This document shows positions 10,213 to 18,544 of a DNA stretch of 64,000 bases, piece after piece. Source of the stretch: a virus; the IMG/VR virus record IMGVR_UViG_3300032294_002706, positions 32,001-96,000 of that record. One strand, written 5' to 3'. The notes below the pieces were generated by a model, which ran no database searches, was not told the DNA's origin, and worked only from the letters and a program-made list of their open reading frames with translations. The position numbers were made by a program, and so were the translations under genes. Positions within the stretch are counted from its first letter, which is position 1. Each line of letters starts with the position of its first letter.

Positions 10213-10934
10213 TAAAGCGTTTTAAAAACTTCATATATGAATCAAAGTTTGATTCTCTTTCACTTACTATTGCTCATGATCTATTTGCAATCGTGAAAAA
10301 TACTGCAGGTACCAAACCTGGTAAAGCAGTTCATCGGGAACTAACTTATTCGGAGCCTCTAGAGTTTAGTCTAAATTTTATTGTTAAAAGAGTCGTTCAA
10401 TTTAATCCAAGGAAATCTACTCATTTTAAAACTCTACCTTGGGAAGTTTTGAATTTTGAAGATAATGGCTTTGCGCTAGATGCAAATGCATACATTCCAA
10501 AAGTGTCAGATTACGAGGATCCTGAACTCGAATTAGTTCTCTACATTAGCCCAGATGCTGAACCTGTAAGTTATGAGACACTTAGCCATAAACTAGTTGA
10601 ATACGTTAGGCACGAAATCGAACATCTACTTCAAACTGGACTCAACCGTCGAGTTGGCCACATAATTAAAACTCCAAATAAGGTTAGATCAAAGGCGGAA
10701 ACTTCGTATAAGTACTTTTTATTAGCTGACGAAATTCCAGCAATGGTTGCTGGAATGCATGCAGCGGCAGTCAGAAAGAGAATTCCACTAGATCAAGAAT
10801 TCGAAATTTATTTAAAGCCTTTTCTTAAGTCAGGTTTAATAAATGACGAAGAATTCAATAAGGTCATTAAAACCTGGATAAAATTTGCAAATCAGGTTTA
10901 CCCAGATGCTAAATTTTCTAACAAAGTTTATTAA
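10209..10934 (+). CDS. Hypothetical protein with HExxH (zincin-like) motif and capsid-targeting-like N-terminus
   Basis: MIKRFKNFIYES; VRHEIEHLLQ...YFLLADEIPAM. Confidence 0.6.
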   Translation: MIKRFKNFIYESKFDSLSLTIAHDLFAIVKNTAGTKPGKAVHRELTYSEPLEFSLNFIVKRVVQFNPRKSTHFKTLPWEVLNFEDNGFALDANAYIPKVSDYEDPELELVLYISPDAEPVSYETLSHKLVEYVRHEIEHLLQTGLNRRVGHIIKTPNKVRSKAETSYKYFLLADEIPAMVAGMHAAAVRKRIPLDQEFEIYLKPFLKSGLINDEEFNKVIKTWIKFANQVYPDAKFSNKVY

Positions 10935-10940
10935 TATTTA

Positions 10941-10967
10941 AAACCTGGTGAAATTTTACTATATAAG
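10941..10967 (+). promoter_or_regulatory. Putative early/middle promoter AAAC-N17-TATAAG
   Basis: Recurring motif with 17-nt spacer. Confidence 0.65.
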
Positions 10968-10988
10968 ATACAAAAAATCTTTGAAATT

Positions 10989-11180
10989 ATGACACCACAA
11001 TGGTTAACTGAATTAAAAGAAGCAGTTTCTCAACTTGAAAATGAAACTGTGAAGTTCTACGAAAAGGGTAATAAATCTGCTGGAACTAGAACTCGTAAAC
11101 TTTTGCAAGATATTAAAGCAGTTTGTCAAGCCGGCAGAACTCACGTTCAAGAAGCAAAGACTAACGAGCCAAACGCTTAA
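10989..11180 (+). CDS. Histone H1-like (Hc1 family) small DNA-binding protein
   Basis: 63 aa with FYEKGNKSAGTRTRK, matching the KGNKAAGTRARK signature. Has its own promoter and terminator. Confidence 0.8.
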   Translation: MTPQWLTELKEAVSQLENETVKFYEKGNKSAGTRTRKLLQDIKAVCQAGRTHVQEAKTNEPNA

Positions 11181-11204
11181 TCTCTTAATAAAAAGTTCAC
11201 ATTA

Positions 11205-11238
11205 AAGGGCGAGTCTAAAAAACTCGCCCTTATTTTTT
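11205..11238 (+). terminator. Intrinsic terminator
   Basis: AAGGGCGAGT-loop-ACTCGCCCTT followed by ATTTTTT. Confidence 0.8.
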
Positions 11239-11239
11239 G

Positions 11240-11266
11240 AAACTACTTACGGTTTTTTAGTACAAT
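11240..11266 (+). promoter_or_regulatory. Putative early/middle promoter AAAC-N17-TACAAT
   Basis: Recurring motif, upstream of the SSB gene. Confidence 0.7.
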
Positions 11267-11292
11267 TTTATAAATTAAAATCATTTTTGAAC

Positions 11293-12345
11293 ATGGAAGA
11301 TCTATTCAATCTCAATCTCGATGATTTCTCAGGAAAATCATCATCCGCTGCTCGTAAAGTCGACGAGAACATGTACAATCCCGGTCCAGACCAAGGTCAG
11401 AACGGTATTTACAAATCGGTAATTCGTTTTATCCCATGGGTAACGGATCCGTCTAAAAGCCGCTATAAGAAGTACGCTGCTAAACTTACCAACCCTCTAA
11501 CCAATGAGAAATTGTATGTGGACTGCCCTTCAACTACGGGAGCTTCATCAATTCTTTGGACTTTAGATCTAGAGTTGAAACGTTTGAAAACTGAGGAACC
11601 TCAAATCGTTGAGGAAATCCAAAAATACTTCAATCGTTATTACAACTACTACTCTTGCGTTTACATCAAGAAAGATCCTCAGTTCCCTAACTTAGAAGGT
11701 CAAATCAAAGTGTACTCATACGGTTACACAATTGATAACTTGATTCAACAAGAAATCAATCCAGAATCTGAATTAGTAACGACTCAAAAAATCAATCCAT
11801 TCTCACTTACTCAAGGTAAGGATTTTGTATTGGTTATTAAGCGCAAAACTAAAGCATGGAGAGATTTCAGCTCAAGTAAATTCATGAACGAAGTTAGCCC
11901 ATTGATCATTACTCATGGAGGAAAAGAAATTCCAGTTTCTACCGATCCTAAAGTAATGCAATTCACTAGCGAATACTTTAAAAAGAATTCGCCAGACATG
12001 AGCCAATACTTCTTAAAAGAATGGACTGACTCTGAGTATGAAAAGGTTGCAGACTACATTAAAGCAATCGTTCCTTACAAGCAAATCATTGATAACTTGG
12101 TTTCAAATACAAAGGACGAGAGAATGAAGAAGCACTTCACCAACTCAAAACCAGTAAATCGTTCTCAAGCTCCAATGGGAGAAGATATTGAATTTTCTCC
12201 AGCACCTGCTTCAAAATCAAGTGCAATGTCAATTGATCTTGATGACGATTTCACAAGTGAACCTGCTCCAGCTGCAAAAGCTTCGCCGGCTAAATCAGCT
12301 CCAGCTAAATCTGATGATCTAGACGATTTATTCGCAGACCTATAA
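11293..12345 (+). CDS. T4 gp32-like single-stranded DNA-binding protein
   Basis: VIRFIP, YIKKDPQFPNLEGQIKVYSYG, NPFSLTQGKDFVLVIK and acidic tail DDLDDLFADL. Confidence 0.88.
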   Translation: MEDLFNLNLDDFSGKSSSAARKVDENMYNPGPDQGQNGIYKSVIRFIPWVTDPSKSRYKKYAAKLTNPLTNEKLYVDCPSTTGASSILWTLDLELKRLKTEEPQIVEEIQKYFNRYYNYYSCVYIKKDPQFPNLEGQIKVYSYGYTIDNLIQQEINPESELVTTQKINPFSLTQGKDFVLVIKRKTKAWRDFSSSKFMNEVSPLIITHGGKEIPVSTDPKVMQFTSEYFKKNSPDMSQYFLKEWTDSEYEKVADYIKAIVPYKQIIDNLVSNTKDERMKKHFTNSKPVNRSQAPMGEDIEFSPAPASKSSAMSIDLDDDFTSEPAPAAKASPAKSAPAKSDDLDDLFADL

Positions 12346-12360
12346 AAATATCCAAATAAC

Positions 12361-12651
12361 ATGGAAAATAATAAAAACGATAATTCAGAAATCGCTAACC
12401 CAGTTGAAACTCCTCAAGCTGAGGCTCAGCAACCAATTGCAACTCTGCTATCTTCAATAAGTTACACTGACCAAGCAGATTACGAAAAATTCTTGGCAAA
12501 TTTAACTCCTGAACATGCAGTATTGGTGTTAGTTTCATCAGCTAATCACTGTCAAGCAAAAGGTGTATTTAACTTGGATGAAGCCGAGTTAATCGCAAAG
12601 GCTATTAAAACGTTGAGCAAACCTCAACCTAATGTAGAACAATCTAAATAA
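12361..12651 (+). CDS. Hypothetical protein
   Basis: 96-aa ORF tightly packed in the operon. Confidence 0.65.
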   Translation: MENNKNDNSEIANPVETPQAEAQQPIATLLSSISYTDQADYEKFLANLTPEHAVLVLVSSANHCQAKGVFNLDEAELIAKAIKTLSKPQPNVEQSK

Positions 12652-12658
12652 AACTAAC

Positions 12659-13768
12659 ATGAATTTAATCATTGATGGAAATGCCTTTCTTAACGTAGCA
12701 GTTAGCATAGCCAAGAATATCTTAGCTAATGACAAACGAGTGGGCGAAAAGTATTACGTCTCTGATCTGTTGAATGACGATAAATTCATGCTTAAACAGG
12801 CAAGTAAGGATACTTTCAGGGCTTTTTCAGTAAACTACCTTGGAAGTATTCTTGCTCCGTTTAAGGAAAATATCAGTTCTGTATTTTTTGTATTCGACTC
12901 TAAAAGTTGGAGAAAGAAATACATCAAGGAACACTTTGAGGCTCACGGCGACGGAGATTTCTCTTACAAAGGACAACGTAAGTATGACGATAAAATTTAT
13001 CTCTTTTTTGAATACTTCCAAACAGAAATCTTAAACACAATTTCTGAAGAATACGGAATTGTTGTTAACCGGGTTCCTGGAGCGGAAGGTGATGATTTAA
13101 TTGCATACATTTGCGAAAATCTAAGAGAAGATATTTGTATTTGGTCAGTCGACAAGGATTTAACACAGTTGCTTGAAAGCAACAAGCGTAAAGTAATCCT
13201 AATAATGCCAAAGCAGATGACTAAGTACAAAAAGATCTACACTACTGAAGATTTTGGTCAGGTCCAAGAGGCTGAGATTGATCTATTCAATTTTAACATT
13301 GAATCAATCGATAATTCAGCAATAGTTAACATAATTAACGATTTGACCCAAAAAGATTATAAACATCTAACGGTTGATCCAACACTAGACATTCTAACTA
13401 AATGTTTAGGTGGAGATTCCTCAGATAATATTCCAAGAGTTCATCCAAAAATGACTCCAGCTAAGGTAACTAAGATCATTGATTACTTACGTGAATCGTA
13501 TAACTGGAAAGAGATCACTCCTCTAATTGATTCAGGTGATCAAGGTTTCATTGATATTTTACGTGAAGTTACATGTGAAGTTCTAAAGATAAAGGAACCT
13601 GGTGAATGGCAGACGATCGAGAATAACCTTAATCGTAATAAGACACTAATTCGTTTAAGCACTGCAGTTTTTCCAACTGACGTATTAGAATCGATCAAGC
13701 AAAGCGTTGACTTAACAGTAAGACGTAAGTTTAATTATTACAAATTTAAAAAAAATTATAAGAACTAA
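12659..13768 (+). CDS. rnh: T4 RNase H-like 5'-3' exonuclease / flap endonuclease
   Basis: LIIDGN, FVFDSKSWRK, YKGQR, EGDDLI, SVDKDLTQL, GGDSSDNIP. Confidence 0.9.
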   Translation: MNLIIDGNAFLNVAVSIAKNILANDKRVGEKYYVSDLLNDDKFMLKQASKDTFRAFSVNYLGSILAPFKENISSVFFVFDSKSWRKKYIKEHFEAHGDGDFSYKGQRKYDDKIYLFFEYFQTEILNTISEEYGIVVNRVPGAEGDDLIAYICENLREDICIWSVDKDLTQLLESNKRKVILIMPKQMTKYKKIYTTEDFGQVQEAEIDLFNFNIESIDNSAIVNIINDLTQKDYKHLTVDPTLDILTKCLGGDSSDNIPRVHPKMTPAKVTKIIDYLRESYNWKEITPLIDSGDQGFIDILREVTCEVLKIKEPGEWQTIENNLNRNKTLIRLSTAVFPTDVLESIKQSVDLTVRRKFNYYKFKKNYKN

Positions 13769-14100
13769 TGAGCATAGACGTTCAACAAGGATTTATTCCA
13801 CTATTCGAAAGACTCTTAATTCTACCGGATAGCGTAGAAGTAAAAACTGAGACCGGCATTCTACTTTCAGTAGATGCACGCAAACGTCCCAATACTGGCA
13901 AAGTCGTTGGCCTAGGTCACCTAGTCGCAGACAACTCAAAATGTCCAGTTAAAGTTGGTGATAGAGTTCTTTACCAAAGATACTCAGGACTTGACGTAAA
14001 ATGGGATAGTCAAAACTATCATCTAGTAATGGCAAACGATCTCTTAGCCATAATCAATAAGGATCAAGAAACACAATTTGAATTAAATGAGCAATCTTAA
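13768..14100 (+). CDS. groES: Co-chaperonin GroES
   Basis: PLFERLLI, KTETGILL, GKVVGLG, VKVGDRVLYQRYSG, DLLAII. Confidence 0.92.
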   Translation: MSIDVQQGFIPLFERLLILPDSVEVKTETGILLSVDARKRPNTGKVVGLGHLVADNSKCPVKVGDRVLYQRYSGLDVKWDSQNYHLVMANDLLAIINKDQETQFELNEQS

Positions 14101-14686
14101 AAGTTTCACGCAATTCGTGAACGAAGAAAAATCAAACGACTTTAGGATCTTTTGTGATCTTGACGGAGTCCTAGTTGATTTTAATAGAGGATTCATTGAG
14201 CTTGCCAGTAATACTGAAAAACTTTCGCCAAAAGCCTATGAAAAGGCTCACGGTAAAGATTCGCTATGGCCGCTAATCGATGAATTGGGAGAATCCTTCT
14301 GGGAAAATCTACAATGGATGAAGGACGGTAGAGAACTATGGGATTATCTTAAGAGATATGATCCAATAATTCTGTCTTCTCCAAGTAAACACCCAGGCTG
14401 TTTTACCGGAAAGGCTAAATGGGTAAAGCTTCATTTAGGAATTGACCAAGATCCAGTAACAGACCCTCAAAATTTTACAAAGGACACCCGATTTATCTTA
14501 GCTAATCGCAAGCACGATTACGTTGAGCCTGCAAAAACTCTATTTAAAAAGAAACCTCTGTTAATCGATGATTTCAATAAAAAACTAGAAAAATGGACTA
14601 ATGCTGGAGGAATTGGAGTTTTACATAACGATTCGACTGATACAATTCGAGTGGTTGAGGAAATTCTAGGCCCAGCTGAAGACTAA
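14087..14686 (+). CDS. HAD-family 5'(3')-deoxyribonucleotidase-like protein
   Basis: IFCDLDGVLVDF, ILSSP, LLIDD, W..AGGIGVLH; N-terminal extension MSNLKSFTQFVNEE. Confidence 0.85.
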   Translation: MSNLKSFTQFVNEEKSNDFRIFCDLDGVLVDFNRGFIELASNTEKLSPKAYEKAHGKDSLWPLIDELGESFWENLQWMKDGRELWDYLKRYDPIILSSPSKHPGCFTGKAKWVKLHLGIDQDPVTDPQNFTKDTRFILANRKHDYVEPAKTLFKKKPLLIDDFNKKLEKWTNAGGIGVLHNDSTDTIRVVEEILGPAED

Positions 14687-14737
14687 AGTTCTCGGACTTA
14701 AACCGAGTGGTGGAACGCTGACCAACCGGTCGGCCTA

Positions 14738-14772
14738 AATAAAAAAGGACTCGAATGAGTCCTTTTTTTATT
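14738..14772. terminator. Bidirectional intrinsic terminator between convergent genes
   Basis: AATAAAAAAGGACTC-GAAT-GAGTCCTTTTTTTATT. Confidence 0.85.
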
Positions 14773-14788
14773 AAGTAGTGTGTGTCTT

Positions 14789-17700
14789 TTAGAATGATGG
14801 AGTAAATCCAGTAGAGTTTGAAGCAAGTTGACCTCCAGCTCTTGTGATTGTGATACGGTTGATGAACTTGTGAATACCTCTTGGGAAATCAACGATAATA
14901 TCAATGATACCAGCGTTATTTTCAAGAACTTCAGTTCCATTGTTTGAATCATCAAATACTACATCGAATGTTGAGATACCTCTAGCGTCTTGAACTGCAG
15001 TTAAGTAGTTCTTAACAAGAGTTTTAACTCTTAATCTAGTAGTAGTATCGTTGAAGTCGAATAGGAAGTTCAATAAGATTCTTTCAATATCTCTTTCAAT
15101 CGTTACTAGAGCTTCTCTTACGTGAACGTTATTTAAAGCTGATTTAACTTTTTGGTATCCAGTGTTGTTTGAGAAAATCATAACACCGAAACCTCTACGT
15201 CTAACGATCAAGTTGAAACCTACTGGCTCCAAGAAGTCTCTATCGTCATTCGTTAAGTCATACTCAACTCCTGTAATTTCTGGTTCAGAGATAATACCTC
15301 TTTTTCCTGCTACGATTGAGAAAGTGTTTCCACTAGAATACTTCTTCATGTAAGTATTCGCAACGTAAGCAGCTGGCGGAATTGATTTATTTCTACCACC
15401 TTCAAAGATTACTAAGTTAGGCATGAAATACGCAGCATAAGATGCGATTGAAATACCATTTTTCTCTCCAGTTGCAAAATTGAACGTGTAAGATGGATTA
15501 GACGATAAGTTACCACCAGTCGAAATGTATTCAGCTGATACTAAATTGGTGTTAACATCAATGAAGCTTGGATCAATTGATTTCTCGTATTGTGCAAAAG
15601 ATGGAGCATTTAGGATAGCTAGAGCTTTTCCGTGATTTGCTGCAAGTTGAGCAAGTTGTTGCTTAGAAGCGCTCCAAATTTGACCTTCATACGAATCAAT
15701 AATGTAACGGTAATCTAGAGTTTCGTTATCGGCTAATGTAGAAGCAATGTTAGTATCATTGAACATATAGTCCAAGATAGTGTTTTGACGATCCGCTGTT
15801 CCGTTAGGATACAATCCGCTTTCATCAACTTGCATTGCTGGAACATAGAATCCTCTAAGATCAGTTACGTAGTTTTTAATTCCTTTGTAAACTGTAAGAC
15901 CTGCGGTTCCGCCTAAAACAGCTGGAGTAATATCGATACCTGTGATATTTGAATCAGCTGCAGTATCAACAGTAACCGTGTATTTTAAAGTTTTAACCGG
16001 TAAGCTAGAAGGACCGTAGTTTACAGTAACTAGTTGACTGTAAACTGATTTAATTCTTAATGCACGATTACGAATTACTTGATCTCCGTTTGTGTCTTTA
16101 ACGATTCCGGCTTTAACCCATTGTCCAACTTTAAAGAATGAATCCACTAGAGTTCTCTTTGTTGAATCGTAAGTATATCCAGTATTTGCAACTTCTTTCT
16201 TAGCAGTATTTCCATAAAGTGAAGGATTCAAAGTAAATACCACTTGATTAGGAGAAAAGAATCTGTAATTGTTAGCTCCGGTAGTGATGAAGTAGCTAGA
16301 ATCAGTCAAATCGAAATCCGCTTTAAATTGAGTAACTGTAGTTGATTTGATATGTAGATAAGCTGGTGCTGGACTAGCGATACCGTCAGTTATGTACTTA
16401 ACGTCAACTTGATTTTGGAATGCTGCATCTTGATAAGCGTAAAACTCGATGTACTTGATTTGACCTGTGCTTTGAGTTTTAACCAAACCGTCAGTCGATA
16501 AGTAAAGAGTAGTAGGCGTGCTAGATGGAGCAGCTAAGTAGTGTAGAGTGTCTCCGGTTTTAATAAATCCATTTGCCCATGCAGTATACAATTTACTTCC
16601 GATTGTTGCAACGATGTACTTATCGCCAGTCGGTAAATTAGATGGACCTGAAAGCTTTTGAATTGTGTAAGTTTCACCAGCCGCATAAGTTGAATTATAA
16701 TCAACGCTGTCTAATGCGAAGTAGTACTCGTATCCAGCTGATTTTCTGTAGCTCAATACATCGATTAGAGCAACTGGATCAACTGTGCTGATTCCGTTAT
16801 CTACTGTGTAAAGTTGCTTAGTGTTATCAGTTGTGTTAAGTTCATCAAACCCGTATCCAACTAGATCAATTCTTTGCTCTGCGATTGGCTCAGTTGAACT
16901 ACCGCTATCGAATGTAGCATTAGTTAAGTCAATCATGTCAACTTTCTTGTAGTCAATTGCGCAAAATACTCCAGATTGACTAAACTTTCTATTAAATAAT
17001 GCGTCGATTGAAGCAACTGCTCCAGTTAAATCTCTAAAATCAGGAATCATTGCTCCGATCGTACGATTTACTACTGAAACTTCTCTCAATGAAAGGAAAT
17101 CATTCATCTTTGCAAGTTCAATACCTGATGGATTAAAGAACTGTGCGTAAATTGGATCTTTTGAAAGTCTGGCGTAATCAGTCCAATCTCCTTCAACTAC
17201 TGCGATTTCAACGAAGTAATCTGCTACGTAATCGTCTGGGTGTAAGAATTCTGGAATTTCTACTTTATCTCCTAGCAGTTTGTAGTATTCCTTAACTTTA
17301 ATGTCGTATCCAGTAGTATCAGCTACTCTAACCCATGCAGTAACAGCTTTCTTAGAAAGGTTAACTAAACTTAAAAGTTTATTAGCGTCTCTGTCCGCTG
17401 TTCCAGTTGCTGGGAATGAGTCACCTAACTGAATGTTTTTGTACTTGTTAACTGCATCAACATCAGCAAACCATAGTTTCTGAGTATTGTAGAAGTGTGA
17501 AAGGCTATCTTGATAAAGATTAGCCGCCCAAGTTGAATTATTTGATGCTGATTCAGTATTGAATGTTGTAAAGTATGCAACGTCCGTGTCTGCAACAGGT
17601 AAAAGATTCAAAGCGTAAACTGGGCCTTGTCTCAAAGCTACTTCTATAGTTCTGTGAAAGAAGCTTCCGTTCTTTTCTAGTTTAGAATCATTTTCTCCGT

Positions 17701-17881
17701 ATACTGTAGTTAATGAACGTAAGTCATTAACTAGTACTACTGAGTTGATAGGTCCCTTTTTGCTAGTTCCTATTACGAGTCTTCCTGTCGATAGAGGCAA
17801 GCTGAGATTAGGGCTTTCGTCGATTTCGACCGTGTAGACACCGCTTGACTTGAATCGGTTCAGATTTAATTTTTCTGCCAT
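14789..17881 (-). CDS. Contractile tail sheath protein (gp18-like)
   Basis: N-terminal SSGVYTVEIDES...IGTSKKGPINSVVLV; C-terminal SALNNVHVREAL...FDFNDTTTR...FDVVFDDSNN. Confidence 0.92.
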   Translation of the reverse strand: MAEKLNLNRFKSSGVYTVEIDESPNLSLPLSTGRLVIGTSKKGPINSVVLVNDLRSLTTVYGENDSKLEKNGSFFHRTIEVALRQGPVYALNLLPVADTDVAYFTTFNTESASNNSTWAANLYQDSLSHFYNTQKLWFADVDAVNKYKNIQLGDSFPATGTADRDANKLLSLVNLSKKAVTAWVRVADTTGYDIKVKEYYKLLGDKVEIPEFLHPDDYVADYFVEIAVVEGDWTDYARLSKDPIYAQFFNPSGIELAKMNDFLSLREVSVVNRTIGAMIPDFRDLTGAVASIDALFNRKFSQSGVFCAIDYKKVDMIDLTNATFDSGSSTEPIAEQRIDLVGYGFDELNTTDNTKQLYTVDNGISTVDPVALIDVLSYRKSAGYEYYFALDSVDYNSTYAAGETYTIQKLSGPSNLPTGDKYIVATIGSKLYTAWANGFIKTGDTLHYLAAPSSTPTTLYLSTDGLVKTQSTGQIKYIEFYAYQDAAFQNQVDVKYITDGIASPAPAYLHIKSTTVTQFKADFDLTDSSYFITTGANNYRFFSPNQVVFTLNPSLYGNTAKKEVANTGYTYDSTKRTLVDSFFKVGQWVKAGIVKDTNGDQVIRNRALRIKSVYSQLVTVNYGPSSLPVKTLKYTVTVDTAADSNITGIDITPAVLGGTAGLTVYKGIKNYVTDLRGFYVPAMQVDESGLYPNGTADRQNTILDYMFNDTNIASTLADNETLDYRYIIDSYEGQIWSASKQQLAQLAANHGKALAILNAPSFAQYEKSIDPSFIDVNTNLVSAEYISTGGNLSSNPSYTFNFATGEKNGISIASYAAYFMPNLVIFEGGRNKSIPPAAYVANTYMKKYSSGNTFSIVAGKRGIISEPEITGVEYDLTNDDRDFLEPVGFNLIVRRRGFGVMIFSNNTGYQKVKSALNNVHVREALVTIERDIERILLNFLFDFNDTTTRLRVKTLVKNYLTAVQDARGISTFDVVFDDSNNGTEVLENNAGIIDIIVDFPRGIHKFINRITITRAGGQLASNSTGFTPSF

Positions 17882-17905
17882 CGCTTTTGCGTATTATTTT
17901 GAAGT

Positions 17906-17917
17906 TATTTATTTATC
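17906..17917 (-). promoter_or_regulatory. Late promoter motif(s) GATAAATA/AATAAATA upstream of the tail sheath gene
   Basis: Minus strand reads GATAAATAAATA about 25 nt before the ATG; a second GATAAATA lies near 17970-17977. Confidence 0.65.
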
Positions 17918-17998
17918 GCATTAAGTCCAAATTCATACTTTTTGAACTTGGGCTAGTCGCGTCTTTAGTTATTTATCAACCGCCAGCATAATAAACTT

Positions 17999-18025
17999 AA
18001 ACTTTTTCCACTTTTGGGGTAAAAG
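17999..18025 (+). promoter_or_regulatory. Putative early/middle promoter AAAC-N17-TAAAAG
   Basis: Recurring motif, upstream of the dCTPase/polymerase operon. Confidence 0.6.
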
Positions 18026-18046
18026 ATCTTGTAAAACTAACTAAAT

Positions 18047-18526
18047 ATGGCAAATACAGACAATTCCTGCGCAAAATTAGAAATTAATGACCTTTGGTCA
18101 AATCGTACAGAATCCAACACGGACACTCTTGGCGACATTATGAACTTACAAGCCGATACTCAAAAGAATGTTTACGGTTATGACTTCAAAAACATGACTC
18201 TACGTGACCTAATGACATTTTGGCACATGAATAATCATGCAATGATTGATGAGATTCACGAAGCAACCGATGCACTAGGCGGAATCAAGGACGGGGACGG
18301 CAATGCCATCTGGAAAAGATGGAAAAAAGCCCATGAAGGATACTCAGATAAGAAATTCTCAGATTTATCAGAGGAAGACCAACTAGAGTGCAAATTTGAG
18401 GTGATTGACATGCTACACTTCTTTATGAATTACGCAATTTCGATAGGAATGACTCCTCAGGAGATGTACAATATGTACATGTCTAAAAACGAAGAGAACC
18501 GAGCACGTCAACAGAATGGTTATTAA
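18047..18526 (+). CDS. All-alpha dimeric dUTPase / T4 gp56-like dCTPase-dUTPase
   Basis: DEIHE, WKRWK, EVIDMLHF and C-terminal YMSKNEENRARQQNGY. Confidence 0.85.
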   Translation: MANTDNSCAKLEINDLWSNRTESNTDTLGDIMNLQADTQKNVYGYDFKNMTLRDLMTFWHMNNHAMIDEIHEATDALGGIKDGDGNAIWKRWKKAHEGYSDKKFSDLSEEDQLECKFEVIDMLHFFMNYAISIGMTPQEMYNMYMSKNEENRARQQNGY

Positions 18527-18544
18527 TTGGTAAAATAATAAAAT

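Noticed and set aside
1-14100. Bacterial chromosome origin suggested by groEL, groES, S1, nrdAB and sugar genes
   Set aside because: These genes are interleaved with T4-like core genes, and several sit behind the same phage promoter motifs.
14676-14720. CTGAAGA...GGAAC resembling a hammerhead ribozyme core
   Set aside because: The required GAAA and correctly placed stems are missing.
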